From a virus (Duplodnaviria > Heunggongvirae > Uroviricota > Caudoviricetes), in the IMG/VR virus record IMGVR_UViG_3300032291_002057, positions 78,305 through 114,406 of that record: a DNA stretch of 36,102 nucleotides; one strand, written 5' to 3'. Shown in pieces: positions 8,833-17,087 of the stretch. Position 1 is the first letter of the stretch. Every line of letters begins with the position of its first letter. The translations under genes were made by a program, and so were the position numbers. The notes beneath the pieces were generated by a model. The model did not search any database, was not told where the DNA came from, and worked only from the letters and a program-made list of their open reading frames with translations.

Positions 8833-9066
8833 TTAGTCACCAGAATCAATGTCAAATTTAAAAGAACAATGAATACATTTGTATTCAGTGAGGCAGCGGC
8901 CAATTGTAGTACTTTTGTACTCATGTTTGCAGGGGGTACCATCTGGTCGTAGATTGACTTGACCTGTACCACGACCGTACATTTGTTGTCCACCACAATT
9001 ATTGCATTCACGACCGTCCTCAGATTTTCCAGTTCCGTTACAGACTGGACACACACCTCTTGTCAT
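8833..9066 (-). CDS. Cys-rich zinc-finger protein (DnaJ-type CxxCxGxG repeats)
   Basis: CPVCNGTG, CNNCGG, C.H...C..C. Confidence 0.7.
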   Translation of the reverse strand: MTRGVCPVCNGTGKSEDGRECNNCGGQQMYGRGTGQVNLRPDGTPCKHEYKSTTIGRCLTEYKCIHCSFKFDIDSGD

Positions 9067-9075
9067 AGTGACTCC

Positions 9076-9339
9076 TTAAATTCGTTTGAGGAAAGTGAAT
9101 ACTTTTGCAGTATCGCGGGGAACCCATTTTTTAGCATCAGGGCCACAGATTTTAGGATCTGTTCGTGCTATGTTGCAGGATTCAAAATATCCAGGCCTGT
9201 CCAGGCCTAGCGTCTTGTCAATCGGGGGTGTATAGAATGCTTCGGGTAACATACACCGATATCCATATGGATTTTTATTAATTTTATTCCAAAAACTAGT
9301 TTTAGAATTCTTACAATCCTTACAAAGGATTTTTTCCAT
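9076..9339 (-). CDS. Hypothetical Cys-containing protein
   Basis: CKDCK...C...C...CG pattern. Confidence 0.7.
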   Translation of the reverse strand: MEKILCKDCKNSKTSFWNKINKNPYGYRCMLPEAFYTPPIDKTLGLDRPGYFESCNIARTDPKICGPDAKKWVPRDTAKVFTFLKRI

Positions 9340-9340
9340 G

Positions 9341-9493
9341 TTAGTACTCGCTTACTTTATGCTTAGGTTTACGACGGTATGCAAGTTTATTTTGCACAAC
9401 TTTGGGTTTGAACGGTGTGTTTTCTTGGAACAACACACGGTGAGCCCTGTGTTTGGGCTGTTCAATGGTAAATGAAAGAATTTGTTTTTTCAT
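9341..9493 (-). CDS. 50-aa basic peptide resembling alternative ribosome-rescue factor ArfA (absent from the ORF track)
   Basis: MKKQILSFTIEQPKHRAHRVLFQENTPFKPKVVQNKLAYRRKPKHKVSEY; own consensus promoter. Confidence 0.6.
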   Translation of the reverse strand: MKKQILSFTIEQPKHRAHRVLFQENTPFKPKVVQNKLAYRRKPKHKVSEY

Positions 9494-9502
9494 AATGAGA
9501 TT

Positions 9503-9531
9503 ATTATACGCCCAAAATGATTACTTGTCAA
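9503..9531 (-). promoter_or_regulatory. sigma70 early promoter, perfect consensus
   Basis: TTGACA(9526-31)-17-TATAAT(9503-08). Confidence 0.9.
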
Positions 9532-10864
9532 GTATTTTTAGGTCTTTTTTTACATGCTCAATCAATCCGTCCCAATCATTACCCTTTTGCCGATACAACT
9601 TCATCAAAGAATAAAATGGACTATCATCACGGTTAATGAACCAACGCCAGTCACATGCATAGTCTGACAACAATGTCCATGTGTGGACTCCTATACTTGC
9701 AGACAAATGTACTGTGGCTGTATCTATACTTATCACCAAATCTAAATTTTTCATTAGACCGGCTACACTGTAAAAATCTCCCAATTCATTTCCATAAACA
9801 ATAACCCCATTATCTTGCAACAATTTTGTTTGTTCAGGGCTAATATCATACTCTAAACTAATCAATTCAATATTGTCACTTTTAAGTTTCAATAATGTTT
9901 CTAAGTTTATGTTCTTAAATCTAGTAATGAAATTATTTCTATTACTACTCCATACAATACCTATTCGTTTTTTATTGGTCGGTCCTAATCGTTTATGCCA
10001 ATAATTTATTATGTCATCTCCGACACTATAATTAACTGATGGGATAGTGTCAATGGTTGTGTTAAAACATTTAGGTAACTCCATCAAAGGAACATGATAA
10101 TGATATTGTAAATTTGTGAGGTCACTTTCAGTTTCTATGTAGATTTTAATATTTGGATAATTGTACCTAAAAAATCTTGCTAAGGGTTTCCTACACAAAA
10201 ATACAATATGTGCTCCTTGATTTTGTAATAAAGTTAAGTATCTACCAAATTGAACACAGTCTCCTAAGCCTTGTTCTACATATACAAAAACAATTTTGTC
10301 TTTGATGTCCTGTGTTCCATCATACTCTACTCCAGACAAGATTGGTTTGAATGATATATCACTCTCATAAAACCATCGTGCATCATAATATTTCCAACCA
10401 TTAAGTAAATCACCATTCATCAAATGAGCCACACTAAGATTTAGTCTAGCAGTCATATCACTTGGATTTAGTTGTGTTGCTAACTGAAAAAAAGGTATTG
10501 CAATGTTTGGTTTACCAAACTCTCTTAGTGAGTTCCCGTAATTACTATAGGCGGCGCTGTTTTCATTCTCTAATAAAAATGCATTGGCAAATGCAGTCAT
10601 TGCTTCTTTATAAGAGCCTTTAGTTCGTAATATACTTCCATAGGCTAGCCAACTTTCAGCATACCCGTTATTCATTGCTAATTGCAAATAGGGTATAGCT
10701 TCATCAAATCTATCAAGTTTAAGTAGTGATAGACCTTTGTTGTGACAAATTATAAAGTTATCAGAATATACGGCAAGCAATCTATCATAGTGAATAATTG
10801 CTTGCTCATAATTTTTATTGATGTAACACTGATTGCCTAAATCTAACTCAGTTTGTAGGTCCAT
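9521..10864 (-). CDS. TPR-repeat protein with C-terminal GT-B (GT9/ADP-heptosyltransferase-like) domain
   Basis: N-terminal TPRs (AYSNYGNSL.E.G); EQGLGDCVQF; DLVISIDTATVHLSASIG..TW.LL...DWRW. Confidence 0.85.
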   Translation of the reverse strand: MDLQTELDLGNQCYINKNYEQAIIHYDRLLAVYSDNFIICHNKGLSLLKLDRFDEAIPYLQLAMNNGYAESWLAYGSILRTKGSYKEAMTAFANAFLLENENSAAYSNYGNSLREFGKPNIAIPFFQLATQLNPSDMTARLNLSVAHLMNGDLLNGWKYYDARWFYESDISFKPILSGVEYDGTQDIKDKIVFVYVEQGLGDCVQFGRYLTLLQNQGAHIVFLCRKPLARFFRYNYPNIKIYIETESDLTNLQYHYHVPLMELPKCFNTTIDTIPSVNYSVGDDIINYWHKRLGPTNKKRIGIVWSSNRNNFITRFKNINLETLLKLKSDNIELISLEYDISPEQTKLLQDNGVIVYGNELGDFYSVAGLMKNLDLVISIDTATVHLSASIGVHTWTLLSDYACDWRWFINRDDSPFYSLMKLYRQKGNDWDGLIEHVKKDLKILDK

Positions 10865-11204
10865 TTTCGTTGTCTCTGTTTGTATTTAATACTCCAAAAA
10901 CAATAAAGACAATAAAATTGATATATGGAATTATCAGTGATACAGTAAACCAGGGATTAATTCCTGCATCACGGCAACGTCTTACTGCGGTAGCGACTAC
11001 AAGCCAAGTTAGCACAAATCCGGTAGCAAGTAATAGCAAGGCTCCTACTAAAATACCGAATGGGCCCGATAAACCTAACAAGAAAAACAAAAACATTGCA
11101 ACTATAATCAATAGCCACGATGCAAGATATACTCCCCAATATTCACTGCGAGTGGCTCTACCGGTGAATTCAATATACTTTTTAAACTCTAACAGTTTAT
11201 CCAT
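10848..11204 (-). CDS. DUF805 membrane protein
   Basis: F.GRATRSEYW...AVRRCRDAG...W motif. Confidence 0.85.
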   Translation of the reverse strand: MDKLLEFKKYIEFTGRATRSEYWGVYLASWLLIIVAMFLFFLLGLSGPFGILVGALLLLATGFVLTWLVVATAVRRCRDAGINPWFTVSLIIPYINFIVFIVFGVLNTNRDNENGPTN

Positions 11205-11661
11205 TTTGTTTTTTCCAAGATGTAAAAAAGTTTTTCATTTTTGTTTCTTCATTCCAAGAACTACCGTAACCATTGTCTTTATCACACAAAGCCAATGCTT
11301 CCTCTTTAGTAACAACACGGTGGCTAACAATCTGTTCACCGATATGTTGTTGGCTAAACTCTTTAGCATCTTCCATTGTAACAGTATCTAGTGCCCATTC
11401 AGTTTTATCTTTGCCATAGTTATCGATACCAACTGGCACTTCAACCATATAACGATGACGGAATGTACTGATAGTTTCAACAAGTACCCACTGAGTTGGT
11501 TCTTTCTTTTTCATAGTCCAAGACCCATCTTTGTTATCAATCCATTCAAGTGTGTCGCCCTCTTTCCATCCTGCCTCTTGCATGAGGTCATCAGGAAATT
11601 CAAGTATAGCGTCACCTGTTTCATTATCTTCTTTAACTTCTAGTGTCCAAGATTTGTTCAT
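11197..11661 (-). CDS. AbrB/MazE-like N-terminal domain protein
   Basis: GD.ILEFP.DLM..AGWKEGDTLEW swapped-hairpin pattern. Confidence 0.6.
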   Translation of the reverse strand: MNKSWTLEVKEDNETGDAILEFPDDLMQEAGWKEGDTLEWIDNKDGSWTMKKKEPTQWVLVETISTFRHRYMVEVPVGIDNYGKDKTEWALDTVTMEDAKEFSQQHIGEQIVSHRVVTKEEALALCDKDNGYGSSWNEETKMKNFFTSWKKQNG

Positions 11662-11945
11662 ATTACCATCCTTATTAATCCAATTGTGTCGATAGTTGTT
11701 AGCAAGATGTAGTTAGCCAACATGCCAAATGATTTCCTAGTAAAACTAGCCCAAGCATAGAGAGCGCAACCAACAATCCAAACAGGGTACAAAACAAGAA
11801 GAGGAGGATTGGGGACAGTGAGAGCCATAGTGATACTACAGCCAATTGAAATTGCCCAAGCCAATACTTCAATGCAAAACCTAAATGGGTGAGAACGGAA
11901 GTCATCTTTGATCCAAGCAAAGGTGTTTATAAAAATATCATTCAT
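11658..11945 (-). CDS. Small membrane protein (3 TM)
   Basis: Hydrophobic segments; ATGA overlap. Confidence 0.7.
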   Translation of the reverse strand: MNDIFINTFAWIKDDFRSHPFRFCIEVLAWAISIGCSITMALTVPNPPLLVLYPVWIVGCALYAWASFTRKSFGMLANYILLTTIDTIGLIRMVI

Positions 11946-11990
11946 AATAGAATGATAACATGTTATGAGAGATATGTAAATATGTTTTGG

Positions 11991-12299
11991 TTACTGACAG
12001 GTACGTTGACGGGTAATAGTACCATCAGGATTCTGTGTTTCAATCCATGGAGTACAAACTTGACCATATGATGGAACTACTACTGTTCGTTGAACATATA
12101 CAGGAGGGGCAACATATCCGTAATTGTAAACAGGTTCATAGTGATTGCGAGTAAGAGCATATCCAATTACTCCGCCGATAATTGCCGGTGTTACCCAATC
12201 GTTATGTCTGTGTTGATGATGATTATAATTCCGATTATGTTGTGCTTGTGCTGATACAGCTAGGGCTAAAAACGACAATGCAACAAGAATTTTTTTCAT
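11991..12299 (-). CDS. Secreted/lipoprotein-like protein with glycine-zipper-like segment
   Basis: Signal peptide MKKILVALSFLALAVSAQA; IIGGVIGYAL; Pro/Tyr/Val-rich tail. Confidence 0.7.
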   Translation of the reverse strand: MKKILVALSFLALAVSAQAQHNRNYNHHQHRHNDWVTPAIIGGVIGYALTRNHYEPVYNYGYVAPPVYVQRTVVVPSYGQVCTPWIETQNPDGTITRQRTCQ

Positions 12300-12352
12300 A
12301 ACAAATCTCCTATATACTATTTAACGTTTTGAGGCAGCATTACGTTGACATT

Positions 12353-12895
12353 TTATCCAAAATCCTGAGAATAGTCATCCATAACTTCGTTTAGTTCAGA
12401 TTCAGCTATTACTTTTTTCAAAATTTCTTCAACCATTTGATTCAGTGTAATATCACGCTTATGTGCTTCCATAAACAATTGCATCATTAATTGATCTTCC
12501 AACTCAATAGGAACTTGTATGCGGGTATCAAACTTTTCGCCATTAAACATAGCCATTGCCTTTTCAAGGAAATCTTCTTCTACTTCCAAATCAACCCACT
12601 TAACATCATCCCATGCTTGGTCAGGATCTACCTTGCGTTGTTTAGACTCAGCATAATAAGCATCCTTATGATCAGGATTTAACCAACGATAAGGTTTTTC
12701 TTTTTCCCATCCTTCATCTTTAGTCGAGACTTCTGCGGAATAAATTGTTTGGTCAACAGTGCTATACAATACGTTTACGTGAGCATAATCACTTTCATAA
12801 TCTAGGTATCGTGCATCAGGATAGCATTGCCATTGATATTCGCTACCACTAGTAATGCGGTGATCAGTGATTTCATTTATTTGACTTAAGTGCAT
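12353..12895 (-). CDS. Hypothetical protein, possible C-terminal ribbon-helix-helix (start revised to MHLSQ)
   Basis: AAGGA-like SD before 12895; C-terminal RIQVPIELED..MMQLF.EAHKRDITLNQMV. Confidence 0.65.
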   Translation of the reverse strand: MHLSQINEITDHRITSGSEYQWQCYPDARYLDYESDYAHVNVLYSTVDQTIYSAEVSTKDEGWEKEKPYRWLNPDHKDAYYAESKQRKVDPDQAWDDVKWVDLEVEEDFLEKAMAMFNGEKFDTRIQVPIELEDQLMMQLFMEAHKRDITLNQMVEEILKKVIAESELNEVMDDYSQDFG

Positions 12896-13091
12896 TTTCT
12901 TGTCCTTTGTAATGTTCAATAATAGGTTCAATGTCGTTATTATATATCTGTTCCATTGTTTTGTAAAGCATTTTGGCATCCTGCTCAGTCATGCCACTTG
13001 TCCAATTTGGTTCATCGGGTTGTTTACGCAAACCATAATCATGTCGATATGTGAGACACATATCATGGATAATTTCTTCTTTAGTTTTCAT
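12873..13091 (-). CDS. Hypothetical protein
   Basis: ATGA overlap with the upstream gene. Confidence 0.7.
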   Translation of the reverse strand: MKTKEEIIHDMCLTYRHDYGLRKQPDEPNWTSGMTEQDAKMLYKTMEQIYNNDIEPIIEHYKGQENALKSNK

Positions 13092-13369
13092 ATCTTTAAT
13101 GTAGCCCAGAAGGCAGTTTTCTCCAAGTCTTGTTGAAATTCAGGATAGACTTCATGCAATTCGTATTCTTCTACTGAATCATAACCTTTGTTGCGTTTTT
13201 TGCGAAACAAATCCTCAGCTTCCCATACAGAAACTTTAATCAATTTTGTTTGGAGTTTAGCTCCACGACGGCCCCAAAATGTAACGCAGTCACGATCATG
13301 TAGGCGAATGATGCCCCACACTTTGTCGTGGCTACCTTCACGACACCAACCAATGTGTTCATATTTCAT
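13088..13369 (-). CDS. WGR-domain-like protein
   Basis: SHDKVW...TFWGRRG..LQTK...K.KGY pattern. Confidence 0.65.
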   Translation of the reverse strand: MKYEHIGWCREGSHDKVWGIIRLHDRDCVTFWGRRGAKLQTKLIKVSVWEAEDLFRKKRNKGYDSVEEYELHEVYPEFQQDLEKTAFWATLKI

Positions 13370-13683
13370 TTTTTTAAACCTAGAATTTTCTTTTCTTCTG
13401 GAGTCAGTTTAGCAAGTGCCTCTTTTTTGATTTTTGCGAGGCGAGCCTTTTCAGCTTTTGCCTCCTGTGCCTTGCGATCCGCTTCTTGGTGTTGTTCCCA
13501 CCATTCACGAATTTCATCATCTTTAAGTACTAGAAAATCAGCATAACCTGCTTTGACTAGTTCCGTCATTGCCTTACAAGCAATGCGGGCCAGCTTGTCG
13601 TTGTTTGCTTTAAGTTCTTTATACTGCCAACTATCAGTTGGCTCGCCAGAACGATAATCATCTTCATAACTTCTGCAAGGCAT
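13366..13683 (-). CDS. Hypothetical protein with coiled-coil tail
   Basis: 105 aa; tight packing. Confidence 0.7.
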   Translation of the reverse strand: MPCRSYEDDYRSGEPTDSWQYKELKANNDKLARIACKAMTELVKAGYADFLVLKDDEIREWWEQHQEADRKAQEAKAEKARLAKIKKEALAKLTPEEKKILGLKK

Positions 13684-13684
13684 T

Positions 13685-13927
13685 TTAAATTCCTTTATTC
13701 CTTAAAAATTTTGTTAACCGCTCTTCCTGTTTTGCCAAATGTTTTGCAAATTCTTCTTTGGTGATTAAAAAATGAAATCGTTGGGTTTCATTATAACAAA
13801 ACACATAGCCTTGAACCCAATATTCATAACTAGCCAAATTCACAACACGGTCATCCGCCAGTTCCTCAGCGGTCCATCCAGGGTATGAATACTCTTTGCC
13901 TAGATACTTGAGTGTGATGGTGTTCAT
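13685..13927 (-). CDS. Hypothetical protein
   Basis: ATGA overlap. Confidence 0.65.
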   Translation of the reverse strand: MNTITLKYLGKEYSYPGWTAEELADDRVVNLASYEYWVQGYVFCYNETQRFHFLITKEEFAKHLAKQEERLTKFLRNKGI

Positions 13928-14127
13928 GCTTCAACTCCAATACACTGTTCCACATCCTGCAAGATACGCTTGAGTTCGCCAATGTTATCTTCAAGCATAC
14001 CTACCATTGTAGCCTTGTGCGACCTATCTGACGATTCCACTGGATGAAACTCTTGCCATTTAGTAAGTAGTTGTTCCTTGCCGGCAATTGTGTTACGCAG
14101 ATTATCTATTACGGTTTGGATGTTCAT
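13924..14127 (-). CDS. Hypothetical protein
   Basis: GAGG SD; tight packing. Confidence 0.65.
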   Translation of the reverse strand: MNIQTVIDNLRNTIAGKEQLLTKWQEFHPVESSDRSHKATMVGMLEDNIGELKRILQDVEQCIGVEA

Positions 14128-14128
14128 T

Positions 14129-14368
14129 TTATTTCCTCAACAAGTATGCTGTCAATTCAGGGCCGTCAACTTTTGTAAGTTGTGAGGGACCTTGTAGTAG
14201 TTCAGTGTAGTAACCGTAACCACTATGGTTCCAAGTGTTCATAAACGACACACGGACCTGTTTAGGGGTAAAGTGAATTACTCTAGCAAGAACAAAATGA
14301 CGATAACCTGGGGCAATGACAATAACACTGTCACCAAGTTCAAGTTCACGACCTAGAAAATCTTTCAT
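14129..14368 (-). CDS. Hypothetical protein (SH3/KOW-like)
   Basis: D..GREL.LGD.V......V....K.V.V pattern. Confidence 0.65.
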   Translation of the reverse strand: MKDFLGRELELGDSVIVIAPGYRHFVLARVIHFTPKQVRVSFMNTWNHSGYGYYTELLQGPSQLTKVDGPELTAYLLRK

Positions 14369-14571
14369 TCTTCTTCCAATCCAAAATGACTCAAAATCTG
14401 ATTGCGAACTTCGTAGTTGCCATCAGCATATTGCTCACCAATGTCGGCACATTTCTGAACAATCAACTCGGCGAACTTTTCTTTATCAAAGATCCAACCT
14501 TCACCACTGTCGGCGGTTGGCTCAATGCGAGTAGTAGCCTGCGCAACAAGTTTTCTAATTTGTTCGTTCAT
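14365..14571 (-). CDS. Hypothetical protein (start revised to MNEQIRKL)
   Basis: ATGA overlap with the small upstream ORF. Confidence 0.7.
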   Translation of the reverse strand: MNEQIRKLVAQATTRIEPTADSGEGWIFDKEKFAELIVQKCADIGEQYADGNYEVRNQILSHFGLEEE

Positions 14572-14681
14572 TTCCAACCCCATACAGTATGGATATATTT
14601 GCCCTTGCGACGGGCGATGACTTTAGCACGGCGTTCTTGCCGTTGCAAATACAATAGTGTCCAAGAATAAGAATGTGTCAT
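14568..14681 (-). CDS. 37-aa basic peptide absent from the ORF track (MTHSYSWTLLYLQRQERRAKVIARRKGKYIHTVWGWK)
   Basis: TAATG overlap at its start and ATGA overlap at its end, consistent with translational coupling on both sides. Confidence 0.6.
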   Translation of the reverse strand: MTHSYSWTLLYLQRQERRAKVIARRKGKYIHTVWGWK

Positions 14682-15019
14682 TATTTTACTCCGAATGTGT
14701 TCAATGCTGGTTGCAATGTGTTAATCAATTCTGTCTCACGTGCATGAGCAGGACGCTTGCCACGCACAACTTCAACAACACCAAATACGAAACTGTCGGC
14801 ACCACGTTCACGCAAGGCACGTGACAAACCCCAATTTTTGTTCTCAGTCAAGGCACGTTGCATATGTTTTTGCATACGGCGTGTCAATGTCTTACGAACA
14901 TTACCTGCAAAACAAACAGCAGTCAAACCAATGTAGTACTCAAGTGTTACTTTATCTTGGATAAAGTAGATGACTTGATTTCTATCAGTTCTACGTTTAC
15001 GTGTGATTTTCGAGTTCAT
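14681..15019 (-). CDS. GIY-YIG nuclease-family protein (start revised to MNSK)
   Basis: VIY-x10-YIG, R..KH, E...I...P..N motifs; short, no obvious DNA-binding tail. Confidence 0.8.
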   Translation of the reverse strand: MNSKITRKRRTDRNQVIYFIQDKVTLEYYIGLTAVCFAGNVRKTLTRRMQKHMQRALTENKNWGLSRALRERGADSFVFGVVEVVRGKRPAHARETELINTLQPALNTFGVK

Positions 15020-15025
15020 GCAAGT

Positions 15026-15054
15026 ATTATATGACCAAACCAATTCATTGTCAA
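15026..15054 (-). promoter_or_regulatory. sigma70 promoter giving a probably leaderless transcript
   Basis: TTGACA(15049-54)-17-TATAAT(15026-31)-6 nt-ATG. Confidence 0.85.
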
Positions 15055-15196
15055 CTGATTTATCCGCAACAAAGTTAGTTAGTACTAACTAGGGATAATT
15101 TCATTACTTATGTGTCAGAGTGCATGGTCTAAAAAAGAATTGGTCCTAATGAACCAAACTTAAAAGTTAATACTTTTGTAACAATTTTTTTAGCAA

Positions 15197-15670
15197 TTAA
15201 GTACTACTTTTTTCAGTAGTTATAGCATCTTGTGTTACATTATATTCGTAATTGGTTGTGTCAATGTTTTCACGGAATACAATTGCTCCATTGCGGAGAT
15301 GAAACCTACGGGCCATATTTGTTTTAGGACTGAGGGTTACAAACCTAGTTACACTCGGGTATTGTTCTTGTATCCCTTTAACTGCCCTAAACAACAATTC
15401 TTGTCCTTTGCCACTTTTATAACTCCAGATGGTATAGAATATAGCGGTAGTAGGTACCTGTGCAGTTTTATCTAAATCTTTAACATCAGCAGGAATAAAG
15501 TCATGGAAACTAACACATACCATAGCTTCAGGATTTTGTTCTGCATCAGTCAATGCCGCAACTATTCTTCCGTCACTAACGCGGAAATCTTTTGATATCT
15601 CAGGACGAACAGGATCGTCTTTGATAAATTCTAATAATGTGTGTGAGAGGTCTTTGATGAATTGTAGCAT
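15197..15670 (-). CDS. GNAT-fold protein resembling the malonyl-CoA decarboxylase catalytic domain
   Basis: TTAIFYTI...G..LL..AV..I...YP...RFVTLSP, and ARRFHLRNGA resembling GNAT motif B. Confidence 0.55.
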   Translation of the reverse strand: MLQFIKDLSHTLLEFIKDDPVRPEISKDFRVSDGRIVAALTDAEQNPEAMVCVSFHDFIPADVKDLDKTAQVPTTAIFYTIWSYKSGKGQELLFRAVKGIQEQYPSVTRFVTLSPKTNMARRFHLRNGAIVFRENIDTTNYEYNVTQDAITTEKSST

Positions 15671-15675
15671 AATGT

Positions 15676-15683
15676 TATTTATA
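15676..15683 (-). promoter_or_regulatory. T4-type late promoter box
   Basis: TATAAATA-5 nt-ATG. Confidence 0.7.
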
Positions 15684-15711
15684 CATATATTATAAATTTT
15701 ATTTTTAAGCC

Positions 15712-15736
15712 AAAAAAATAGGGGCCGAAGCCCCTT
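15712..15736 (-). terminator. Rho-independent terminator with UUCG loop
   Basis: AGGGGC-TTCG-GCCCCT-ATTTTTTT on - strand. Confidence 0.9.
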
Positions 15737-15741
15737 AAAGT

Positions 15742-16353
15742 TTACATAGCAGAGCCGTTACCGTATGCATTTGGATTAAACCCTACTTGTCCACCCTCTG
15801 CCTCGATTCGTTTATAAACATCTTCTAATAAGATAGGTCGAAAGTCTGTTTGCTCAACACAAACACAATGATAACGAACATCGTTTTCGTCACCGTATAA
15901 TGTTGCACTAGTTGTAGCATCAATTCCTATAGCCTTCTTTACTCTACCTGAATGTAAGTGACCATGGATGTTAGTACCAAAACGACCTAACGATGCCTCA
16001 TGTAACGGGATATGACTTAATATCATTCCGTTCATTACATGGTATGCACGTAACTCTCGGAAATAAGTCCTATACTCATTATCCGGAAAAATATCATGGT
16101 TACCACGAATTAAAACCTTATCACCGTTTAACCGATGTAATGTTCTTAAGTGCTTACGATTGATAACTACATCACCTAAGTGATATACTTTGTCGTTGGG
16201 CCGCACAGTTTCGTTCCAACGCTTTACCATTTCTTCATCCATTTCATCTGGATTAGTCCATGGACGTATCTTTGTCACTCCGTCACTTTCCGTGAATCTA
16301 CATACTCCGGCGTGACCAAAGTGGGTGTCACTTGTTAAAAATACTGATGGCAT
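15742..16353 (-). CDS. Calcineurin-like metallophosphoesterase
   Basis: SDTHFGH, HLGDV, RGNHD, LSHIP, HGHLH motifs. Confidence 0.92.
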   Translation of the reverse strand: MPSVFLTSDTHFGHAGVCRFTESDGVTKIRPWTNPDEMDEEMVKRWNETVRPNDKVYHLGDVVINRKHLRTLHRLNGDKVLIRGNHDIFPDNEYRTYFRELRAYHVMNGMILSHIPLHEASLGRFGTNIHGHLHSGRVKKAIGIDATTSATLYGDENDVRYHCVCVEQTDFRPILLEDVYKRIEAEGGQVGFNPNAYGNGSAM

Positions 16354-16820
16354 TATACTCTCCAAATTTCTTTAAAGCCTTCTTCAAGGGTAGGCTCTTC
16401 CCAATTACTAATCATACCTTGTACTACTTCCCAAGGAACAACTTTACCTGGACGACTAGCCAATCTACGTTTCAATTCATCTGGTTCCGGAGTCTTAAAC
16501 ACCACAGCGATATGTTCATATTGTGATGGCAACAATGTGTTGAACTTTCTAGCACGGCTTTTTACAGTAGTACTAGTTTGGTCCCAGATAAAATCTAAAC
16601 GGTTAGCTTGACAAGTCAACACATGATTAGCCATCAAACGAACTGCGATAGGCATGTAATCTTCAAACACCTCGGTGTATGTTTTACCTTGACGATGTGC
16701 TTCCATTTCAACATACATATCAGTACCAACGACCGGCATGCCTAAAGCCCAAATTTGGTTCTTGATCCAAGTACTTTTACCTGCACCCGGCACGCCGATC
16801 AATTGATAACACTTGTTCAT
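16353..16820 (-). CDS. P-loop kinase (AAA_33/polynucleotide-kinase-like)
   Basis: GVPGAGKS Walker A; WDQT; L.RR..SRP lid. Confidence 0.88.
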   Translation of the reverse strand: MNKCYQLIGVPGAGKSTWIKNQIWALGMPVVGTDMYVEMEAHRQGKTYTEVFEDYMPIAVRLMANHVLTCQANRLDFIWDQTSTTVKSRARKFNTLLPSQYEHIAVVFKTPEPDELKRRLASRPGKVVPWEVVQGMISNWEEPTLEEGFKEIWRV

Positions 16821-17077
16821 ACATACTCCTTATTAAGGCGTTCACGTGCGGCACTTGCGAATTCGCTGATATTACCACACTTATCTTCCCAACGCAACAG
16901 ATTGCGGCAAGTGTAACCAATGTCACGCTTGTTATAACAAACTGCCTCTTGATTCAATTCACCATTCGTAAACACTCGGCAATGGTAGTTGCCGTTAATG
17001 TTACGAACAGTTACTTCATGCTCTACTTCACCCAGGATGCAACGCTGGATGCGAACTAGTTGTTTATATCGTTCCAT
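16817..17077 (-). CDS. Hypothetical protein (start revised to MERYK)
   Basis: AAGGAG SD. Confidence 0.7.
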   Translation of the reverse strand: MERYKQLVRIQRCILGEVEHEVTVRNINGNYHCRVFTNGELNQEAVCYNKRDIGYTCRNLLRWEDKCGNISEFASAARERLNKEYV

Positions 17078-17087
17078 GATTGACTCC

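Noticed and set aside
14681-15019. GIY-YIG gene as an intron-encoded homing endonuclease
   Set aside because: Free-standing with its own promoter, no flanking intron core, and too short for the usual DNA-binding tail
15061-15196. AT-rich intergenic stretch with palindromes (agttagtactaact; aaaagttaatactttt) as an origin or operator
   Set aside because: Short palindromes are expected in AT-rich DNA; no iteron-like repeats and no other copies found in the window
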